NCBI RefSeq assembly: GCF_009914755.1
Contig: NC_060931.1
Reading direction: 5' to 3' (one strand)
Source: the human T2T-CHM13v2.0 reference genome, Homo sapiens
Length of the DNA: 64,000 bases
The notes beneath the pieces were generated by a model. It saw nothing but the letters and a program-made list of their open reading frames with translations, was not told the DNA's origin and searched no databases. Of this stretch, positions 25,606 through 38,637 are shown piece after piece. The stretch's first letter is position 1, and every line of letters starts with the position of its first letter. Both the position numbers and the translations under genes were made by a program.

Positions 25606-25907
25606 GCACACGCACTCATGAAACACTCACACATGCACATTCATGCAAACACACACATACACATGCATGCACACACATGCAAACGTGCATGCATACACTT
25701 GTGCCAGCGTACCCACATGCACACACCTCCACACGCTCACTCATACATTCACACAATACACATGCACATGTATGCACATCCCCACCCATATGGACCCTGA
25801 TTTCATGTGCTCACGCGCCCCCACGTGCAAACACCCACACACATACATACAGGTGCACGTGCTCACATTTCACAGCCACACTCATAAACACACACATGTG
25901 CACTCAC
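25606..25907. repeat. Degenerate (CA/CATG)n tract in intron 4; UG/UGCAUG-rich in the pre-mRNA
   Basis: About 300 bp CA-rich with at least six CATGCA. Confidence 0.92.
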
Positions 25908-25932
25908 GCCAGCCAGTGGTGCCCCAGTCCAG
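25908..25932 (-). other. 25-nt cryptic (poison) exon, probably TDP-43-repressed
   Basis: ttcctttccttggtgccctcatcccag|CTGGACTGGGGCACCACTGGCTGGC|gtgagt immediately followed by a UG tract. Confidence 0.65.
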
Positions 25933-26289
25933 CTGGGATGAGGGCACCAAGGAAAGGAAGGTGAATGCAGCTGCTGACTGACTATTCCTCTGGGGTCCAC
26001 CCACCCGCTGCCTCCAGTGTGCCCTGTTCTGTGTGGAGGAGAGGGGGAGTCCAGGATGTCAGCCCTGCCTCTGTGGGCCTCAGTAACCCTAGTGCAAAGC
26101 AAATGAGGGGAGGCGAGGGAAGCTAGGCTGGGCACAGCTTGGAGCAAGGGGACCAGCAGCAGAAGCACACTCAAGGGAGTGGCCAGCCCACGGGTAGGGA
26201 CTATTCCCTGGGGCTGGGGAGGCTGCAGATCCCACCCTGAGCCAAGGCTGGGAGTGAGTGCAGCGAGAGTCCCCAGCTCTGGAACTTAC

Positions 26290-26344
26290 AGATCGAAGAC
26301 CAGGTAGTGGAAGCCCTCCTCGGAGATGCTGTCGTGGAGACGCA
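26290..26344 (-). CDS. CAMK2B: CAMK2B exon 4 (55 nt) VRLHDSISEEGFHYLVFDL
   Basis: Acceptor ccacag|TG, donor TCT|gtaagt. Confidence 0.98.
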
Positions 26345-27269
26345 CTGTGGGGACAGAGAAGCCATGAGGGGCTGGCAATAGCCCAGGACACACCTCCTGC
26401 CTGCCTCCGTACCTGTCCAGGCACACCACCAGCGGTGTAAGCCCTAGGGCTGCCCAGAGGATCGGGCTGGGTAGGGCCCGGGTGGGCAGGCCAGAGGGCA
26501 GGGCTGAGCAGAGTGCTTTGGGCCCTGCGGGCCAGCTGGCCACCCAGCGAGCACCCACAGGGCCTCAGGGCAGTGCCACTGCCCTCAGCTGCCAGTGCCT
26601 CACCCTCCGCTGCCAGTCTGGTCACCTGTCTCCTTCTGCCAGAGAGAGACCAGGTCCTTTTGGTCCCAGCCTGGGCCTCAGCTGCTCCCAAACACCACGG
26701 AGATCAACAGGAGGAGCTCACACCTCCAAACCCCAGAAAGGAGCTGCCGTGAAGCTCCACATGAGGAGAAGCTGGGACAAAAACCACTCATTATTCACCC
26801 TGGGTCTTCCCAGGGCTGCCTTCTGCCTTCAGGCTCTGTGTCTCCGCTGTGTCCTGCCAGCACAGGCTGGTGGCAGGGTCCCTGCCTGATGCAACATCAT
26901 CCAAAATTTTGGGCCCTGAGCTCCAATTCCAGAGCTGGCATGGTCAGCAGGATGGACCACCATCATTCCCTCCTTCCTCCTTGCACAACTTCCCATGACA
27001 ATCTATGTGAAGCGTGCCTGGCCCTGGAACTCTGCCTGGCGCAGGGCAGGAGCTGGTCAGGATGTGATGAATGAACAAGCGGATGAAGAGGCGAGGGAAC
27101 AGTGAGTGATTTCAGCACAAAGCAAGCAACCTCAAGGCCTGCTTTTCCTTGAGCTGGAGATGTGCCCTGTACTAAGCAGCAAATATTTTCTAGGAATGAC
27201 TCATTTTGGACACTCTCCCACGTGCCGGTTCTGATGATTGCTAGAACAACGAGGACGACGACAGCCAAC

Positions 27270-27460
27270 ACGCTAGGGCTGTTCTAAGCACTTTGTGTGT
27301 GTTATTTCATTTAACCTTCCCAACCACCCCGAGAAGTTACAGATGAGGAAGCTGAAGCACAGGGAGGTTAGGTAAGCAGCTGATAGTCACACAGCTCACA
27401 AAAGGCAGAATAGGGCTGTGGACTCAGCGGGCAGTCTGGCTTGAGGGCCTGCACTGCACC
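27270..27460 (-). mobile_element. MIR SINE
   Basis: ctaagcactt...tcatttaacc...acagatgaggaagctgaagcacagggaggtta core. Confidence 0.8.
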
Positions 27461-27911
27461 AGCCTTATTCCCTCCAGTCCTCAAGTCTTGGAGAGATGAA
27501 CCTCTGAGGTGTGGCTCTCCTCTACCACTTGAGACTGGGCCACAGACGCTGAATGGGTAAGACAGTAAGACGTAGCCACCTTCTCCTAGGTTCGCAGGTC
27601 CCTGGGCCTCAGGCACAAGCAGCCCCCCTTCCTTGCATGCTCCGGCGCTGTCCCAGTTTCTAACTGGCTGCCAGTGCCCTCCCTCCTCTGGCTCTGGTTC
27701 TCCCAGGGGCCCAGCCTGATAGCGTCCTTACATCCAGGAACTCCATGTGGCTTCTGGGGCCTAGGCCTCACCTTGCAGATTCCTGGACTCCAGCAGCCCC
27801 ATACCAATGGCCCTCCTTAGCTCCTAAACCTCAGGCAAAATGCCCTCCACCAAGGGCAGGCCAGGCCCCAGAAGCCTCCACAGAATCAGAAAATATAGGG
27901 CAAGCCCAGCC

Positions 27912-28070
27912 CCTGCCACTTGCACTGGCTGTGTGACCTGGGGCAGGTTGCTCAGCCCATCTAAGCCTCAATCTGCCCCTCTATGAAATAGGATAAATAG
28001 CACCTCTTCACAGGGTGGCCGTGAAGATCAATTATGTAACCTTTGTGGTGCTCTGAGACAGTGAGCACTA
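27912..28070 (+). mobile_element. MIR SINE
   Basis: ctgtgtgacctggggcagg...gcctcaatctgcccctctatgaaataggata...cacagggtggccgtgaagatcaa. Confidence 0.78.
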
Positions 28071-30422
28071 GGTAAACCACAGTTCTGTGACCATCACTGT
28101 CACCATCATCACCTGAGTGTGAAGAATCCCAGGTGACCAACACTCAGCACCAGGGTCTGGGGCCCACTTAAGAGTCCTGGGGTTTTTTCAAGCCCAGTGC
28201 AGAAAGACCTGCTCCACTTCTCTGCCTCAGGCCCAGCAGCCCAGCCTTCTCCTCTCTGCCCCCACCAAGCCCCATTCTCAAAGAGCAAGGTATTCCCCAG
28301 ACCATGTCCTGGGTCAGCACCCTGGGCGGAGGGCAACTCTTACCCACCGGGGCTGTCTGTGAGCCGACGCTGGCCTCTGCCAAGCAGGGACTCCACCAGC
28401 TAAGGCACTCATCTGAAACCAATGTCCCCTTTCCCTCTCACCCCTCTCTGGCTGGCTTCTGTCCCAAGAGCAAGGATGCCCTCTCACTAGGTCCCCTGGA
28501 CCCTCTCTTCACTCCTAGGCTCCCATTCTACCCAGGCTGGCCTCTGCGTCCCTAAGACATGGGAGGCCCACCAACGTCCTGCTTCTAGGACTTGCCTGTG
28601 AAATCTCTGGAGTTAAAAAGCTCACCCCTCCCCACTCCTTTCCAGTGGGGGCTGCCCAATAAGCCCAGTTGGGGGCCCAGCAGGCTGGCCCCTCTGAGCT
28701 GCCCCACCTGGGACATGCTTCATGAAAATCACACACTCAGAGCAGAGGTGGTCCCAGGGGCCATGGAGGAGATGCCCCCCGCGGAACCCCCATGGGCAGC
28801 TCCAAGGGAGGCCCTGTCATCTATGAAGGTACCTCACTGCTCCCTGGGGGCGCTGCAGGGCTGATCTCATGGTGGGGGCTGCCCCTGCCCTCAGGCACCC
28901 ACCTCCCCATGCAGGCCTGGTGGGGTGGGGCAGAGGCAGATGGGCTCCGGGGTGGCAGCTGGTGGGGGAAATCCCACCTCCTCGGCAGGAAGCAGGTTGC
29001 TCAGGCCAGATGGAGCACTGGGGGTCTGTGTGGGGAGTCTGGGCCGTATGCATGTGGACACTTTAAAAAAAAACATTTTTAACTTTTTAAAAATAGTTAT
29101 ATACTTATTTAATGGTTTAAAAGAAAACCTAACTGGCACATCAGACGGCAAATTCACAGACAGGGCTAAGTAAAAAAGTGAATTGTCAGGAAATCTATTT
29201 AAATAAAAACAGTAAGCAAATAACACTGTGGGCAGCATACAGAGGTGGCAAACAAATAAAGTCCTGGGTTACTAAGAGGAACCAGGGTGAAGAGTCCAGT
29301 CTGGATGCAGTGGGTTGGTGGGCAGCGGCAAATCTCGTCAGGGGCTAAGCTGCAGTAGCAGGCCCCTGAGAGCCCACCTGGGGCTGCAGCCTGGCCCCGG
29401 GCCCTGGAGTTGGGGCTGCCGCTTTCCATGCTGGGGTCCTGCTGGGTCCAATGGGGCACCTGCCCCTCTGCCCAGCTCATTGGTGAAGCATCAGATGAGG
29501 CGAGGTGGTTCCAGCCCCCTAAACCAGGTGATGAGGGTTCAGCGACCTTCGGAGCCAGGCCCAGGTGAGTGTGTGGATGCCCCAGGCTCCTAAACAGGCT
29601 CCCGGTCCCCAGCTGTTCCTTTGGAACAAGCATGCCTGGGCTCCTCCTGGCATAAGTGAATCAGAGCTTTGGAGGAAAGGGCCCCAAATCCACCTGACAG
29701 CTCCCCAGGTGCCTCCGAGGCCAAGAGCGGCTGCCGTCCCTAGGGCGTTTCCTGGCTGCTCCCCGACAAAGGCAAGGCCTGGGCTCCAGGCTCCAGATAC
29801 CCCTGTGGAGCAGCTGACTCTGGGCCAGGGTCACCTGACCCCAGACTGTAGTTCCAGAAGCCCTGGGCCAGCGCAAGAAAACAGTCAGGGGCTCTCAGCC
29901 CGAGAACAGCATGTGCTGGGGTCTTTGGTCAGTCTTTCTTTTCCTTGTAATTGGGCCATCTTGTGGCTTTTCTTGAGGCCACAGAATGTTGGGGCCCCTG
30001 TGTGTTCTCAGCAGAATGGCGGCTCAGAGTTATGGGGGTCACATGCTGGGCACTGGCTCAGCAGAGGGCTCTGTGAGGAATGTGTCCTTTACCTTCCTCT
30101 GCACCAATGCCACCGACAAGACCCAAAGGACAGAGTGGGATGGGAAAGGGACCTGTCCAGTCGGGTGGAGCTGGGCACCCAGAGCCCCACCTTGGGGCTG
30201 CCCCGGCTCTGAGCACCCCCGGGAATCATGTCACATACGACAAAGTCCTCAAGGTCAGGGGAGAAGAGGGGGCGTCCTCAGGGGCTTCTGGTGGGATATT
30301 TCAACAGAGAAGAAAAGGAAGTCTTTCTGCATCTCTTTGAAAGTCTGATAGAGAAACCGGAATGGGCTGCTGTCCGGGAGAAGGTGGGGACCCATCCCCG
30401 CTCCCTACCCCAGGCTGCTCAC

Positions 30423-30482
30423 CGATGTTGGAATGCTTCAGAAGGCGGCAGATCCGAGCCTCTCTCTCCAGCTTCTGGTGAT
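30423..30482 (-). CDS. CAMK2B: CAMK2B exon 3 (60 nt) [20 protein letters not shown]
   Basis: Acceptor cccccag|AT, donor TCG|gtgagc. Confidence 0.98.
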
Positions 30483-32494
30483 CTGGGGGACAGGAAAAAC
30501 AAGGCGTCACCTCCTGCGCCAGCAACTGGTGGCCCAGGGATCGTCCATGTCAGGAGAGGCCCACAAGGGTGTGCCAGGGCCTCTGACGAGAGGAGTGGTT
30601 GTGCCCCCACCAAGGGAACACCCTTCGTGGCACCCCCTGGGCCACTGGTGGCAAGGCTGGGGCAGGGACCAGCCGGCTTGTGTTTGGGATGGGTGGAGAG
30701 GCCCATTCGGGTAGTGAGCGCTGCTAACTCGGGGCTAAAAGTTTCCCTGGATGATTCTAAGTCAGCGGTGCACTGATTTAGTCCTCCACTTATTTGTCCT
30801 AATTCCATACTCTTTGGAGCTTTTGGCTGAAGCCAAATTTGTTCTTCGGAGGCAGGGGAGGGGCTGTCAGAATGGGGCCGGGAGGGGGTTGAGGGTGTGC
30901 CCCAGAGCCCGGCTGGCAGGAGGAGGAGGGGAAAGCCTCAGAGAGGCCTCGCCTGGGAGATAGGAGTAAACTGGTGGTGAAGCAGGAGGTGGCCCCTCCT
31001 GCCCTGGCCGCTCTCCTCCCACCCCACAAGGTGCGGGGCCCAGATCCCCGGACACCGGAGGCGTGGAGGTGACTGGTGCCCCTTGGGTGGCCCCTCCACT
31101 GGCCCCCAAAGGATGGAGCAACTTATCTGCCAGAAATTTTACATTTCAAATAGAGGCAGGAGGCTTTTAAAAACTGATGGAGATTGTAATAGCAAAACCC
31201 AAAACCCCACACTTCCACTGACAGAGGGAGGACTCCATGCGCTGCAGTCACACAGGGTCCCATACTGCAATGCATCAAAGCCCTCTGCCAACCCCCACGT
31301 GCGGGTAGCACCCACATCCGAATAGTGTGGAGGGAACGAGCAGCAAAGGAGGACCCACAGTGTGCTCTTATTTACACAAAGGTCGAAACTAGGCAGTCGG
31401 TGGGCACAGCCGCATGTGGGGAGCTGCGAGGAAAGGCCAGTGCATTTCAGAGTTCAGGACGTGACTGGGGAGGGGGCATCAGTGTCTGGAGCCCCCTCTA
31501 CCTGCCCAGTGCTGAGTCCCACCATGGGAAAGGTGAGCAGGGCCTGGGGGCACATAATTAATACACAAGACAAGACCTCGGGGATGCCTCCTTCGCCAGG
31601 AATGCCCAGTAGCACCCAGGAGCAGGGAAAGAATGAGGCTGCAACTTCACAATCATCCTTGGGAAGCATTAAAACCTCTGATCCCCGTGCTTGGCAGAAA
31701 CTTGTCCACCTGCAGGAAGGGAGGACTGGCTGAGTCATGTCTGGGGTTAATTCCCCTGGAGCAGGTGTGGTGGTGGCAGCCTGGGGGTACAGGATATGCC
31801 TGCAAACACGCATATGTCTTGAGTGAGAAAGCCACGCCTACAGATGGGAAGGTCTCTGGGAGCGGCATCCCCTGGCTCCCCCCTCCCAGGACAGGCATTC
31901 GTCTCCCTGCCCTGGCCACCTGGCTGCCATCTGCTTCAAGCCCAGCCGCCTGGCATCCCACGAGAGGGATTCAGAGGGATCTGGCAGAGCCTCCAGGTGG
32001 CATGGAGGGAGTCAGACCCCATCCCGCTGTTTTGCTGGAAGCCCAGGGCATACCTGCTCCCTCTCCCACCTGCACACCCAACTCAGCAAGCACTGCACGG
32101 TCTTCCAGAATACTCCAGTCCCTGCTCCCCCTCCCTCCCCTCTCCCCTCCCACTGAAGTGGGAGCTGAGGTGCCAGGAGCCTCAGGGATTTGTGATGGCG
32201 GAACTGGAACCAGCCCAAGTGTCTGTCAGCATCAGAATGGAAAAATCAAACATAGTCACAATAGAATACACATGGTGTGGGCTCCGTTTCCCTATCTGCA
32301 TGGAGCTCAAAACCCAGCAACACTGGACATACCTGGGGAGGGGAGGGGTCCATGCACAAGGCCTGGCTCCAGTGGAAAGCAGGGCACCAACTCTTGCAAC
32401 ACCCCTGACCCCCATCCCTCTGGGGTGGGAGGAGGGAGGCTCTCAGGGTGCAGGACGGTGAGTTCACGGGGTTATTGTTTTCTTTCCTAGTATC

Positions 32495-32860
32495 TTTCTT
32501 AAACTGATTGTGAACATTTTTCAGACTTAGAGAAAAACTGCAACAACAGTACAGAGCAATCGTGTACAGCACTTCTGTACAATCTCCCTGCCCCGCCCCT
32601 GCTTCCATATAACACACTCGCTTCTTCTGACGCGTGTGTAACACCAGGCAGCACTCAGGTGCGTCTCATAAGGAGAGGGTGTCCCTTCCATAATCTCAGT
32701 GCAGGTCCCAGATTCAGTAAATCGAATGCAGATATGACACTCATGTCTCTAAGCTACAATCCACGTTCCACCTTTCCAACTTGTCCCAATAAAGTTGATG
32801 GCTAATCTTTCCCCAGGACAGGATCCAAGCCCAGGACCACACATCGCCACGGGACGTGTG
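32495..32860 (-). mobile_element. Old L1 (L1M-type) 3' fragment
   Basis: aacatttttcagacttagagaaaaactgcaacaacagtacagag resembles a reversed L1MC 3' end; very diverged. Confidence 0.45.
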
Positions 32861-35800
32861 GGCCAGAGCCAGGCTGAGGGAAAGGAGGACCTAGGAGGGA
32901 GATGCGGTGGAACCAGGGCACGTAGTTTCCTTTTGAAAAATTGCCTGATTAGAGTTAAATCAATAAAATCATAAATCCAAATCAGGAGAAAGATGCAATT
33001 ATGAACGCATTCTCCTGGGACACAGATAATTTATATGCCTGTGTTTCATTACTGAAACATCGCCAAGAGCTGAGCCCCAGCCCAAAAATGATACCTATTC
33101 CTGAGCATGTGTTTAGGGAGATAATTATTTGTGTGGGGTAAAGAAAGGGCACCTGGCTGTCCAGTCCTGGCACCAGGTGTCCACTCATGGTGGCCATACA
33201 GGTTGCTGACTGGTCCTCTTTCTGTAACACCCACAACAGCACCTCGACCACCTCCTCCCAGCAGCTGCAGTAAGTTAGAGCTCAGAGAGCCGCTTGGAAA
33301 CCATAAACCATGACACAAGATCTAAGCTGGTAACACACAAACACACACGTCGTATCGAGTGCTTCACTCTCGGTGGCAGGATTATGGCTAATGTTGTTTT
33401 ATTCGTTAACTTCCCCTCCCCCAGTTTTGACAGTGATCATGCGTTACTTCCATAATTTAGCAAAGCATTGTTTTTAAAAAAGATTTTGATCCTGTCTCCA
33501 GTGACCAAGCTACTGATTCAATATGACAAGGATGTTTCATAAAATCTGCTATGGTAGCATTTGCTCTTAAATTTTAAAAATTCGGGCAAAAAATAAATCT
33601 AAGCAGATATAATGTGACTCTGGATAGGACTGAGAAGCCACAAGAAGGAGGGGGCACAAGGAAGAGGCGTTCTCTCTCCACCTGGCTCAGACAGCCCCAT
33701 CTCAGGGCAGGCCAGAATCCAGCTTCCTAACTCTGTGGACATACTATGATTTTCTTTCCACAAAACCAGGGACATTATTCTTGGCTTCCACATTAACACC
33801 GTAAACCCCTTGTCATGGACAAGGTTAAGTAAGTTAAATTGAACCCAATCCAGTGCATAAGAAATGTGCCCTGGCCCTAAACAGTACAGCGGAATCTGGA
33901 GGAACCTCCAGCTCGGTCTTATTCCCTGCCCCAGACAGTGGAGCAACCATATCTTGCTCATCCCTCCCTGCCAGCCTCATTCTGGGGGGTTCTGGTCCCC
34001 AGGGAACCTGCTGAACTCAGGAGACCAGAGCAGTGGCCACTGAGCAGGTCCCGAGGCCAGCAGGCCTGTGGCGAGAACACAGCCGGAAGTCTGCCAACAG
34101 CGGCTCCCTACCTGCCCAGGGCCCCATCAATGCCCCCAGGACCCCCGCGGGGCACCCCTTCCTGAAGGAGGTCCCAAGAGGCCTCCTGAGTGGCCAGCCC
34201 TGGCTATGCCCACTACGGTGATGTCCTTGTCAGGGCCAGGCAGTGTCACAGAAGTCACAGAAGAGGTGCCACACCTCTGCAGGTTGTGAATCCAATGACA
34301 AAGAAACCCCAAGAACCCACCCCATCCAACAGCCGGTGCCTGGTCAACTCCTCAGAAGGTGCTGAATCCCCTCTCCCCGTCGGCCAATGTCAGGCTCAGG
34401 CTCAGGCTCACGGCACCTCTACGTGCACACTGGCTCCGGGAACTGCAGTTCCCTGTGATGCTGAGTTTTCCTAAAGGAGTCTAAGAACAACCTCTGAAAT
34501 AGACCGTGGGACAGAAGGCAGGAGCTGGGGAGTGAGGACGCAGGCTGAGCCCCTCCCGACCTCCAGGGGACCTCACCCCATCAAGAGGAGACCCCTCTGC
34601 CCTCTTGCCCTCCCTCTTCTTCTCCCACCCCAAGACCCCTGGCCAAGGTCTTGGGGTTCCAGGGCAGACAGTCCCTGGGGCACAAAAAGCCAATGACAGC
34701 AGTGCCTGTGCCCCTTGTTACAGCAGAGTGATGAGCAGAGTGCTCTCAGGCCCTGATTCTGCCTGTGGAGACTCAAGAGGTGATGCTTCAGTGGGGTTTT
34801 AGAGGATGAGTAGGAGTTTGCCTACTCATGCTGGAAAAAGACTTGGTTCTCACACCCGCTCTGATGTGAAGCTTGGAGAGGGAACTCATGAGTTCAACCA
34901 GCTCCTAAATGCTTGGGCATCTTGCAAATCTGCACCCTAAACGGAGGCAAGGGCGTATGTGTGTGGGCCTGTATTTAAGCCAGAAGGTGACTGGCCCATT
35001 CAGTGTGGATGCAATTCTACACATGCGCACACGTGTGTACACATTTACACACCTGCTCCCCAAGGGGGTGGCTAAGAGAGACGCTGGCAAAAGCATTGCT
35101 ATTTATTTCTTCTACCAGAGAAACATCCCACAGATCAAATACAGCATTCATTTATACCCCCATAAAAGCATTTATCAAAAAACCCCCAAAACAACAACAA
35201 CAAAAAACCCCATAAACAATTGCCCTCAAAAAGATCAGGCTAAACCGGAGCCTGCAATTATCCGCCTGCCTGCTTAATTCTAATGATAGTGCGACATCCT
35301 CAGATTCCAGCCCTCGGGGAATGCCGAGCCCTGGGAGCTTTTCTAGGTGATTTGGCTACAATCTCTGCACAGAGCCCTGGCCTGCCGGCCATTCATCCTG
35401 CCAAACCTGCACCTGGGTGTCCCCCGAGGTCCGCACAACAGGTAGGGCCAAGTGCTGAGGCACAGGCAGGCTGGGGGCCACTGAAAGACAGGGAAGAGAA
35501 GCACCCCCAGCCGAGCCCTGCACAGCCACGCTGAGCTCATCTTACAGCAGGCTTCTCACCCGCTCCCGCACACATCCCAGGACGCCGAAGACGCCCTGGA
35601 CTGCGCAGGGCAGGCTGCTGGGCTGGGACCCAAAGCCAAGGCCTCTCGCTGAAGCGCAGGGGCTCTCTGTGATATGCCATTTGGTCTGCCTTCCCTGCTG
35701 CTCTCTGAGCTGGTGGGTGGTGCCTGCCTGGTGGCTGCAGCCTCTGCTCAATGCAGAATCTGATATTTACAGCCTGCAGATGCTGGCTGTGGGGGCAGCA

Positions 35801-38332
35801 AGGCCGACATCACAGAGGAAGGGGAGACAACGCCACGCCAGTACCAGGAGGGGCTCAAGGGCCCAGGTGACAAGGTTCCCCTCCTCCCTCACCCCACAGC
35901 CTTCTCCAAAACACTGAGAGCCCAGCTGGTCTGGGTTACCTGCCTGCAGAGGCCCAAACAAAGCAAACCACTCATGCTCATGGGGAAAGACAAGGTCGGG
36001 TTATGCTTGCCTAGATGTCCAGCCTCTCAGGAGCAGGGACCACAGGTCCTCCACCAGCAGCCATTCCCAGATCCACAGGACCCCCGAAGCCTTGGCATGG
36101 AGCTCTGAGGGATGGGGTAGGGGAGTGGGGGCTCCTCCAAGCTGTTACTGTGCTGGTGGGTTGGCAGCTGGCACCCACCACCATGAAGGTGACAGGGCAG
36201 GGGCCACCTCAAGGTGCCCACAGCCAAGTGCAGGAAGAGACAGGACCGGGACATGGGCACAGCCACGTGACCCATCCTGGAGCACCTGCCACATGCCAGG
36301 CACCGTCTGTTCTGGGCACATTACAGGCATTAACCTATTTCATTCCAAAAATGCCCGGAAAGACCAGGAGTGGTGGGGGAGAGACTGCAAACCTCTCCTG
36401 GTGTGGAGGGAGCTCCTCCCCTCCTGCCACGCCACCCTCATCAGCATGGGAGCTGTAGGGTCCCCTGAGCTAAGAACAAAGAGAAGCCAGCTGAGGGCGA
36501 TGGAAGAGATGGAGCTGACGGGAAGGACATTCACACCAACCCTGCTGCATCTGCAGGGTGAGGCACAGGGCAAAGATGAGGAAACTGAGGCACAGAGAGG
36601 AGCTCAAAGCTGCCAGGGCTGAAAGGGCAAGGCTGGGGGCCTGGTGGGGGCAGGGTAGCCTTCAACATCCCAAAGGCGCACTTGTGCATGGCTCCGGGGA
36701 CCCCTCGTGTCCCAAGTGGACAGCACCCAGAGGCCATGGTGCGACCAGTGCCCCCCGCGGGGGAAGGAGGGTCTTACAGGACAAGTTAAGGTTACATGGT
36801 TTGGTAAATCGTTGATGTTCGCTCCCATAATTTCCTCTTTCTTTCTCCAGAGCCAAGAAGGGGTCCGGGATGGAGCTGGCAGAGGCTTCTCTGCCCACCC
36901 AGGCCCCCTATGCCATCCTCCACCCTCCCAGCCCCTCCTCCTCCCTGGCAGTGGGTGACTCACAGCAGGGGGTGGGGGGTGGTGAGTGAGAGGAACCAGG
37001 GATAAGGGGAACAGGAGGGCGTGGGTGGGCACCGGGCCCCCCGCCAGCCACCAGGAGAAACAGCAGAGCTGGCACCTCCAGGAGGACACTGCAGGGCACT
37101 GGGCGGGGGCGGCGGAGGGGCAGGAGGGGGAGGCACAAGGCCCACCTGTGTCAGGAGGGGCTGCCTCCCCCTCTCGCCCAAGGGCCTCTGGAGTTGTCAG
37201 ACCCAGAGACCGAGAGGAGGCCCAACGGGTAAGCTCTGTGCTGGCTGGGGGATGCAGCTGGGGCCACCTGGGACCACTGCCACCAGGGTCTGAGGGCTGA
37301 GGGGTGGGGCTCCCTAGGTGCCATGAGTCCTGCCCACCACGTGGCCTGGGACAAGGGATGGCACTTCCCTGGGCCTCATCTGGAAGATGGCTGTAATAAT
37401 GGTATCTGGCCCCAGGACTGTGCTGGACTGAAAATGGAATCGTGTGTGGAAATCCACACGGGCCTGACACAGGGTGGGTGCTCAAGAACGTACCCCCCCC
37501 CCATTCCAGGCAGCTCTGCCTCACCCCGAGGGAGGTTGCCAGACCCCCCATGGGCCCATCACTGGGGGCCCCCCACTAGCACCAGCGCTCTCCACCCATT
37601 TCCTCATGCCTGGGAGGAGATCCTCAAGGACAATCCCTTCTGCTTGTCCACCACACAGCCCAGCTGGGGAGGGCACTGGGATGGTGCACATGGCAGAAGG
37701 GCTCTGCTCCAGCTGCCCTGGCCTGGAAGCAGTGGCTGGGGAGGGATGGGCCAGAAGCTGTGTACTGTGCCAGCGTCTGGTTCCTCAGGGCTGGGGCTAC
37801 CTGGGGCTCTGCTCCTCCAGGCTAATCCACAGACCAACATCAAGACAGGTGGTCCACCTGTGCGCTGGACTAGGGTGGCAAGGACACCAGACTCAGGGCT
37901 CTGACCCAAGCCTGAGGCTGTCTGGCTGAAGGTGCTGTGATGTCAGCGCCATGCTCCAGAACTCAGGCCCTACGCAGGGGCCTGCTATGGGATGTGGCAC
38001 GCCACCAAGGCCTGGGCCAGGAAACTGGCTGCATCCAAATCCCACTCGGGGGCCTCAGTTTCCTCCCATGAAATGGATTCAGGAGATGCCCTGTCAAGTA
38101 GCGCTGTTCCTGTCCAGAGGACACTTTGAGGGCCACAGCACAGAGGGGCCCCCAAAGCCACCCCCCATCCCCACAGAGCTGGGCACACATCTGTCCAATA
38201 CTCTGGACCTTGGTGGGGTCAGCAGCCCCTCCCTGCACTGTCAGTACATTGGCAAGACCCATCAGCCCCAGGTGACCTGCACACCTGTCTCAGCGACCTG
38301 CACCATCACAGGCATGAGAGAACTTTCTAGAC

Positions 38333-38637
<305 letters not shown>

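Noticed and set aside
27270-28070. Inverted MIR pair forming dsRNA
   Set aside because: Copies are too diverged for a credible stable duplex.
36604-37551. 315-aa minus-strand ORF and other long intronic ORFs (e.g. 31633-32490, 41655-42470)
   Set aside because: P/G/S/A-rich composition typical of random GC-rich frames; no homology or exon structure recognised.
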